Shown: piece by piece, positions 55,501-64,000 of the stretch
Layout: each line of letters begins with the position of its first letter
Position numbering within the stretch: the stretch's first letter is position 1
Assembly (NCBI GenBank): GCA_050084985.1
Contig: JBITNC010000002.1
Coordinates: 36,022,001 to 36,086,000, forward strand
Origin: Nageia nagi
Lineage: Eukaryota; Plantae; Pinophyta
DNA: 64,000 nt
Direction of reading: 5' to 3'
The notes under the pieces: generated by a model
Seen by the model: the letters and a program-made list of their open reading frames with translations, nothing else
Told to the model about the DNA's origin: nothing
Database searches by the model: none
Position numbers and translations under genes: made by a program

Positions 55501-57289
55501 AATTTTTTTTCCTCAATAAAATACATTCAAGAAGCCCAATTTACCCTTTAAAAGTTGCCTACCATGAATAGCTAAGGTTTGGGAAAGGTTATAAGGTAAA
55601 AAACATCAAATATATTTTTTAAAAATAAAGCTCAAAATCTAGGGTTTTATCCAAAATATTTTGTCACAAAATAAAAATACTTAAATTTTTGAATAAGATT
55701 CAAGTAATAAAATTTAATAATTTTATGGAAAATTACTAAGTACAAAGAGAAATCAAGCCCTAGGGCTTCTAATGAAAAATTTCTTAGAAAAAGTGATGCC
55801 CTAAAATGAAAATTCTAGGGTTTTTTTTTTTTTTATCAAACCCTAACTTGAAGATTTGAAAAATATAAATTTATCAAGTTCACTAATATGTAGATGAAAA
55901 AATGCAACACTAAATTATGGTAATGAATGATGCAAATATATCAACTTTAATTATCCAACAAATCAACCTAATTACCTATGATCATTGAGTCACTAATGTG
56001 AATAAAGTATTAAAGTAATGGTGATGAATGAGATAACAATAACATAACTAAATTAAATAACTTGAAAAACATATAAGAGAGGAATGATAAATACCTATGC
56101 ACTTATTTGGGTGATTATTAGCTACTTAGAATTGATTAGACATGTAAGAGTGATGTGAATTCAGCTATAAGAGATCAACAAAAGGACTCAATCACATAAT
56201 AAAAATGTAATATAATGGAAGAAACCTACAAAACAATATTCTTCTCATTCCTAAGTTCACAATACTTCCTTCAAGAGAAATATAATCCATCAATAAGCAA
56301 ACAAAAACCAAATAAACCTTAAAAACATTTTTTTTCTAAAAATAACTAAAAATAGAAATGAGTCGAATTGCAAATTCGGTGTACAAATTCCTCTTACAAT
56401 AATAAATCTTAATTTAAAATAGCATGAATCAAAGTAATGTAGAAGAATATATATTAAATTTATAACATAAAAAAAAACCCAAAAAATAAGAGAATATAAA
56501 CTAAAAGCTAATTTTGGGATCCTAGATGGAGGAATTAAGTCTTGAAAATATTTTTTTTGAGGGTAAGAAAAATTAGAGTTTAGCCTAATGCAAAACATGC
56601 ACAAGGAATCACCTTTTAAATTTCAAGGCAAATGGAAAAAATGATAAAAATTTATGGCTCCAACAAGGTGCATTAAAAAGCAACCAAGAATATGGATGTA
56701 ATCTTATGAAATATCTATGTCTATAGCATTGATGTTGGGAAGCAATATGACCTAGTGTTATCATTAAAAATATTGCAGAGATATAGTGAACCAATTTACG
56801 ATCCAAAAAATAATGAACCAAGCTTTGATGTGTATTGTGAAGGAGTGGAAAATAGCTCTTGAATATAACATATTCCAATCTCGATAAGTGGTGTTGAGAA
56901 AATATAACAAGTTTGTGAGAGATATATAGTCTTATCGAGATGAAACATTAAATATTACCATGCATATATATCTTAATTTATAGGTTTAAGAATATACCCA
57001 AGTGCACCTTTGCATTCTAGTGCTAACATTGATGGTACAACCTACAAAATAAGAGAATTACACATGAGAAGTAACTTAGATAGCTTATAAGAAATAACAA
57101 AAATAAAACATGACATCATATTCATCATAACATAGTAAGGGTTATATGACATATAGTTTAGCCTAGAAAAGTTGCCAAAATCATGAAAAATAATTGCTAT
57201 ATACTGTATTATTCTACATTTTATAAAATACATGTCTATCAGGGCTTAACTCCTGACAATTGCGTCTAGAATAAAAGCCTTTAGGGAAT

Positions 57290-57445
57290 TCTTCTACATT
57301 TTTCATTAAATATTCATGCCTTATATTATTACTTATTTTTCATACATGTATTAGGGTATTTTTAATAAAACATATTTTGTGTGTATCCTATAATCATTGT
57401 AGATCATGGAAACTATATTTGCATCATGTATCTTATCAAATTATA
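57290..57445 (-). pseudogene. Shuffled PPR fragment
   Basis: FDKIHDANIVS...MIIGYTQN-like segment. Homologous in inverted orientation to about 60300-60440. Confidence 0.65.
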
Positions 57446-57479
57446 CATATGGTGTATTTATATCATTTCATATCTTTTG

Positions 57480-58545
57480 ATGAATCTACAATTATTCTCA
57501 AATGGTTAAGAATACCTGCATGATCAAGAATTATACAATTATGCTCAAATGATTCAAATATTCTCTACAATTTTAATTATGCTCAAATGATTTAAATATG
57601 CTCTACAATATTGCTATAACATGTCATAATTTATTTACAAAAAATTTCTATTACCGACTAGGAAATGAAGGATCCCACAACATGTTCCATTATTTTACAA
57701 TAACCTTCACTCAAATTGTGATATCAAGTATCTCTTTTGGTTCAATAGTGTTCTAATTACACAATCATGGAAAAGGTAGTTTGTCACTTTTTTATAGGTT
57801 TGTTACACCAATCACATTATCTTTTGAGCTCCATTTTTTGACATGAAGATTATGCAATGTAGATGGAACATGAACACAAAGATAAGCACAATAATATTCA
57901 AATATTCTCTACAATTATGGTCAAATGATAAAGAATACTTGTATGATCAAGAATTACATAATTATACTCAAAAAATTCAAATATGATCTATAATTTCAAT
58001 TATTCTCAAATGATTCAAATATGCTCGACAATTTCAAGTATTCTAAAATGAGTCAAATATGTTCTATAATACTACTACAACATGTCTTAATTTATTTTTA
58101 AAAGAGTTCTATCACAAGCAAAGAAATGAATGAGCCCAAAGCATGTTCCATTACTTTATAATAACCTTCATCTAAATTGTGATATTAGGAACCTCCATTA
58201 TTTCAAAAATGGTCTAATTATACAAGTATGAAAAAGGTAGTTGGTCACTTTTAACAAGCTTATTACAATAGTCACATCAAATTTTGGGCTCTATTTTTGG
58301 ACACGAAGATTAAACAATGTAGAGAGAATATGAACACAAAGATAAGCATAATAATATTTACATATGCTCTATAATTATATTTAAATGATCAAGAATTACA
58401 TAATTACACTTAAATGATTAAAATATGCTCTATAATACTAGTACAACATGTCATAATTTATTTATAAAAAAGTTTGGTTACAGGCTAGGTAATGAAGGAG
58501 CCCATATTATGTTCCATTAATGTACAAAAACCTTCACCCAAATGT
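57480..58545. repeat. Tandem repeat, about 2.4 units of about 430-470 bp with about 30-bp subrepeats
   Basis: Recurrent ACATGTCATAATTTATTT...ATGTTCCATTA...AACCTTCA at about 57620, 58080 and 58446. Subrepeat CAATTATGCTCAAATGATTCAAATAT. Confidence 0.85.
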
Positions 58546-58927
58546 TTATGATGTACCTCTTTATTAGGGTCTTCATTGAACACCATGTCTTTGGTCACTA
58601 TAGTCCTTGGTCAAGAAGCATGTTCTTTTGTCAAATTTAGACTTTGTTCTCTAATCCCTACATGGAAGATTAACAACCTAGATAAATTCACTAAATAACA
58701 TGCAATGTAAAATAAGTCCACTATTTTAAAATTTAAAATAATAGTTGTACCACATTTGATGTCTCTAGGTTAGCCTCCTATGTACTCAAGATCTTGAAAT
58801 AATAAATGATTATGTGAATGAAGTTTAAGAAGTAAAGGAGATGAAATACACCTTATAAGAGGTAAGAAATCACCTCTTCATGCAAGAATGATCCAATGAT
58901 GGAAATCACCTATTCAATATTATGTAA

Positions 58928-59032
58928 TAATAATTCTTCTTTTCATTCTACACCTATGCCTATGTAGCAAATTTTGACAAGATCAAAATTTGCTATGTAG
59001 GCATAGTTGTAGCTTATTAAGAAGAATTATTA
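58928..59032. repeat. Isolated 105-bp hairpin (inverted repeat)
   Basis: CTACACCTATGCCTATGTAGCAAATTTTGA pairs with TCAAAATTTGCTATGTAGGCATAGTTGTAG. The outer stem TAATAATTCTTCTT / AAGAAGAATTATTA is a perfect 14 bp. Confidence 0.9.
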
Positions 59033-59214
59033 CCACCCATAATGGAACAATATATATGTATTGTTTACCTTAGTCAACATAGATAAGGTGTACATTGAAT
59101 TTAGTCTAAAAAAATAAACTATTACTCTTGTGTATTGTCTATTTAGATTATATCAAAATCCTCCTTATATGTGTTATCAAAAGAATACCTATTGTATCAA
59201 TGCCTCTTCTTTCT

Positions 59215-60440
59215 TATATGCAAAATGTAGAAGAATACATAAGACACAAGAATTGTTTGACAAGATGTAATATGTAAACATAGTTTTATGGAATATAATT
59301 ATTGGAGGATATGTAATTTATGGATTTAGAAAGGATTCCCTTAAACTCTTTGATCTAATGAAGCACTTGGGAACCAACCCTAACAAAATAACCTTTGTAT
59401 GTGTTATGATTGCATGCAATCATGTAGGTCTAGTGGATTAAGGGTTGTAAATACTTTAATAACATGAGTGAATCTTATTGCATTTTCCTAGGATGAATCA
59501 TTACACATTCATTGCTGACCTTCTTGGACATGCAGGTTATCTTGAGAAAGCTTTGAACTTTATTGTTTAGATGCCCATAAAATTTAAATTGGGTATGTAT
59601 ATGTGTCTATTGGATGCTTATAAATTAAATAAGAATGTAGGAATAGGGGAATTTATACATATGCACAAAATGGATTTCCTAAAAAGGTGTTTAGGTTATT
59701 AAATATCCCCCCTGAAACCATTCTTAGAGTTATGAAGTACCCTTGAGCATGGAAAGAAAACCATACTACAATCAAGTTTATCTCTAAGATTGTTTCAAGG
59801 AATTTTTTTGTGAGGAATGTAAACTAATTACAACATTTTCCATAATGGATTTTTTAAAAATGCCTTATATAATTTAAAAATAGGGGAGTTTATACATATG
59901 CATAAAATGGGTTTTCTAAAATGGCCCTAAATACTTAATCATGCAAGCTATCTTGTGGTATCTTTAAATTTCATAGCCAAAATACATATTAAACCTAAAT
60001 TGGGTATGTGGATGTGTCTACTTGGTGATTGCAAATTTAATGTTATGGTTTTGAATACCCCAATATACATGTATGCAAAATGTGGAAGAATACATACAAA
60101 ATGGGTTTTCTAAAAATGACCCTAAGATATATATGCAAAATGTGGAGGAATATCCTAAGGCGTAGGAATTGTTTGATAGAATAAATGATGCAAACATAGT
60201 TTCATAGTTTGCAATGATAGAAGGATATGCATAAAATGAGTTTTTTGAAAAATAACCTAAGATATGAATGCAAAATATGGTAGAATAATAAGGCATATGA
60301 ATTATTTGACAAGATGTATGATACAAACATATTTTCATGGGATACACACTAAATGGGTTCTCTAAAAATTGCCCAAAGATATTTATTCAAAACATAAGAG
60401 AATAAAATACATGAACATATAATGAAAAAAATGGAAGAAT
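59215..60440 (+). pseudogene. PLS-class PPR pseudogene (S1-P2-L2-S2-E1) followed by shuffled PPR pieces
   Basis: YAKC...ELFDKM...WNIIIGGY...DSLKLFDLMKH.GT.PN.ITFVCV..AC.H.GLVD...HY....DLLGHAGYLEKALNFI..MPIK...CLL. After about 59650 there are repeated MYAKCG / GYAQNG pieces. Confidence 0.9.
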
Positions 60441-62151
60441 ACTTTCTTGTACTAGCACCTTAGCCAAAAAAATAAGAAATGTAAGAGAAATGCCTCACCT
60501 TGCCTGTCCTCTCCCCTACCCCCTTCGCATATGCAAAAAATAATAAATATAAATAAAATGCCTTGCCTTGCCTCTCCCCCTAATTGACCATGTTTACAAT
60601 CATAATGAAATTCTAAATCCTTCATCGAATAAACCATAGGATTTATTCATAAAATTGATGAAACTTATTGCAAAATGTGTAAGGCACTTGTGCAAGGTTA
60701 TATGCTTATGCATAAGAGTAAAGGTTCATTTTTATACCCCTCTCCTTACCTCTCCTCTCCTATTCCTCTTACCTCTGCAAAATATTTCAAAAAAAACATC
60801 TCCTCTCCACCCCTCACCTTAGAAAACTCAAAAAACTCAAAATGCTTGATAACTTTCCAAGAACTTGCCTCATGTTTTCCCATGCAAAATTTTTTTCTTT
60901 TTTATTTTTGGTTCAATTTGAGGGGTATTTAATTTTAAAACTCTTCTTTATTATTTGTATAGGAAATATAAAAACCACCCTCTAAAAATTATCTATATAA
61001 TCCATTTGTTTATTCCCTCCCACACCTTTCCATTTTTTCATCTTTCTTGAGGGGCGGTTTTAAACTCTCTTAATGATTTTATTAGTTTAAAATTGCCTCA
61101 CAAGAAACACCACTAAAACCCTAAATGCATGTAGTTTTAAATCATTGTCATATAACCACTTCAAATTTCCCACCTCGAAAGCATGTTTTTGGTCTAGTGA
61201 GTAAAGGTTTATATGAAAATAAGGGGCCAAATAGACTAAGGTAAGAAATGACTAAGTTAATTTTATTATCATTAGCAATTAAGGTTGAAGTAAATAAGAT
61301 GTGAAGAGTTTTATCATATAAGGCCTCACCTAGTTCAATCTTATCAGGGTAATATTTTAAATAGATTTATCCATGAGAATAAAATTGTATTAAGAAGTCA
61401 TAATAGGCCAGTATGGGATGACCCTCTTTCATGTATATAAATTGTAATGTTATGTAGAAATAAAAGGAGCATATATTCGATTGTATTTTTATGAGTATTG
61501 TATTATGCAATATTCATTGGAAATATGGAGGATATTGTAATTATAAATATATAATATACTCAATGATATCCATATGAAATGATTTAGAGAGGCAAATAAT
61601 TACCAATATTGACTTTGGTATATATGGAATATGTAGCATCTATATTTTTTGTAGCATTGACATGCCACAAAGAATGATTTAAATTTTAAATAACTTTATC
61701 TTCTCCATATCATTGACTATAGGAAGTACTAATTTTTATTTAAGTTTTTCAAGGTCATCAAACTCCACATTAGCATGGTGAGAGAAAAGAATATTTTTGA
61801 AAATGGGGATTGAGAAAAAAAAAGCCTACAAAAATGCATGTAGATGGTGATGAAAGGAGGAATGAATACACAACAAGTTTGATACTAAGTTAATAAGATT
61901 TGAAGTTAAAAAGGGATGTTGAAAATTAAACAAAAATATATTATCCTTTGAGCTACAATAAAAGAATGAAGAAAACATGCATCCAGGTAGAAGCAAAAAT
62001 ATTGATTTTGAGGTAGTAGTCAATTCCCATATCATATTATAACAAAGTATTTCATGCAAAATATAGGTAGAAAATTGATCTATAATCATCAGATGCTTAT
62101 AACATAATTGGATCCTCACTTACAAATTTGAACGAAAATAGTTAACCAATA

Positions 62152-63885
62152 TGATATCATATAAATTGCATATAAATTTCATAATTACAAAATGTATATC
62201 ATAAACTAGCAATCTCAAACACACAACAAGATCAACATAATGATTTACCCTAGTTCACCCAATGTGGGCTAATCCAACATGGAATTGGAGCCTTATCTTC
62301 TCACTGTCTATGGACATTACAATATTACATGCATAGAGAAATACATTAACATAATGGTAATACAATATCTTACAATTATTGCAATCTCCTACAACAAGAA
62401 GGAAATACAATCTCAAAACTATAGAATTTTGGAATGACTCTTGACCTTCCTTCAAATCCTACAATCCCAAAATCTATAAAATCTCAAAACTCCCATTCAT
62501 TAATTATTCAAGAGGGGTGTTATGCCTTTTAATAAGCCTTGAATCACCTTATAAATACCTTCTTAACATTGGTTATGGAAGCTAAAATAGTTCCTCTGCC
62601 CAACACATCAACATCCCTTTGACTCCCATTGCTGACTGATCAAATTGTACATTGGTGGTGACCTAGATTTAGATTTTTGCATGTCATTGATAGCTTAAAA
62701 TTGAATGTTGATCAACTCCAAATTTTGGTCTTTGGTCTTTCTCTAAGCATAGATACCTTTGGACTGAGTACAAATCCTAAAAAGATAACTTGACATGATC
62801 CAATTTAGATCACACCTCCCCAATAGGGAAGCATTTGGTCCCATAAATGCATAGATGAAGATACAACTTCCCAACTCTAGACCTATCCATCCACTTGGAT
62901 TTATTAGGCTTATATCCTTTTAACCTAACCAACCATAGCTTTGTTTCACCTCTTCTTGGAGCACTAACCTTCTTTTCTAATATGGTTTCCTCCTTAAGTT
63001 CATCCATAGTGTTAGGAGATAAGTCATCAATAGATGGTAAAATCTTATCTGAACCTGCTTCATCTTCAATCAACATAGATGGCTCATAAAATTTCAAATG
63101 CTCAACATTCATAATTAAATAGATGTTCATATATTTTGGTAGATTCAATCTAAAAGCATTCTCACTTACATGTTCCACAATCTCAAATGGTCCATACCTT
63201 ATAGGTTTAAACTTTTTGGCTAGTCCTTACAACCTTTCCTTACTAAGATGCAACCAAACATGGTCTCCCATATGAAACTTATGGTTAACTCTATGTTTGT
63301 CATGTCTTGTCTTGTACTTGGCTTGGCTTGTCTCAAGTTGCTCTTGGAATTTTAAATGAATTTGCCTAATTGTTTCAACAAATTTTTCAGCTTGTTTTTC
63401 CTCTTTCTCAAGTGAATTCTCTTCATCCTTTTGTTGCCCAAACACACAATCAAAAGGTGAAGGTGGTAAATAACTAAAACAAATCTCAAAATAACTCTTA
63501 TTAATGGAAGAATGAATTACCCTATTGTATGCATGTTAGATATATTCAAGATGTTCATCCTAAGACTTAGGATGCTTGCCACACTAACCTCTCAAGAGTT
63601 GAACTATTGTCCTATTCACCATCTTGGTTTATCCATCCATTTGAGGATGAAAGGAAGTACTCATTTTCAACCTTGTGTCCATCTTTTCCCACAAACATGT
63701 GCAAAACTTGCCCAAAAATCTACTCTCCATCTGAAACAATGGAATTAGGTAATCCAAAATGAACACAAACATGAGAAAAGAATAAATTTGTAGCATCTTG
63801 TCCTGTTATAGTATTTTTACATGGAATTAAAACATACATCTTACTAAGTCTATCCATAATAACAAATAAATAATCATGACCCTTA
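62152..63885 (-). mobile_element. 3' end of a gypsy (chromovirus-type) element: integrase, chromodomain-like tail, polypurine tract and 3' LTR (62152-62812)
   Basis: GHDYLFVIMDRLSKM, HFGLPNSIVSD, RYGPFEI (GPF motif), NVEHLKFY, ILEKK...LWLV. Polypurine tract GGGGAGG. LTR TGAT...ATCA (left edge less certain). Confidence 0.88.
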
Positions 63886-64000
63886 TGTTGGAAACCTAAT
63901 CCTTAGGGATTAAGGTAATTTGTGATCATTAATAGTTTTAGGTGTGTGAGTATACATGTATTTATAGGAGATCAAATTAATACAATATTTGGCTTTTGGA
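63886..64000. mobile_element. Start of another LTR inserted into the gypsy integrase
   Basis: Integrase homology stops abruptly at TGTTGGAAAC, a typical LTR terminus. Confidence 0.55.

Noticed and set aside
56609-56878. Minus-strand ORF ending near a GT donor-like site
   Set aside because: No recognisable homology; cannot be supported as an exon.
60448-61200. Possible LTR or Helitron terminus (TGTACTAG; CTAGT near 61194)
   Set aside because: No partner end, hairpin or TSD was found.

Overview
AT-rich, CG/CHG-depleted plant nuclear DNA, most likely from a conifer (inferred from the style of the PLS-type PPR remnants and the old, deeply nested retroelements). I found no intact host gene. The window is a stack of nested mobile elements. 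It holds a gag-only copia element, a Tat/Ogre-type gypsy split by a solo LTR that contains a Helitron, two non-L1-looking LINEs, a tRNA-type SINE, further gypsy and copia elements, and two MITEs. Host-gene fragments are scattered through it: an RDR6-like catalytic exon, MS1/MMD1-like and HMA5-like exons inside the Helitron, a PMD domain, and four shuffled PPR mosaics. The most unusual structure is a copia element (43180-49534) whose 3' end carries a 68-bp fold-back copy of its own U3 terminus, with the 5-bp target-site duplication (TSD) lying outside that cap. All protein family calls come from motif recognition by eye, not from database searches.
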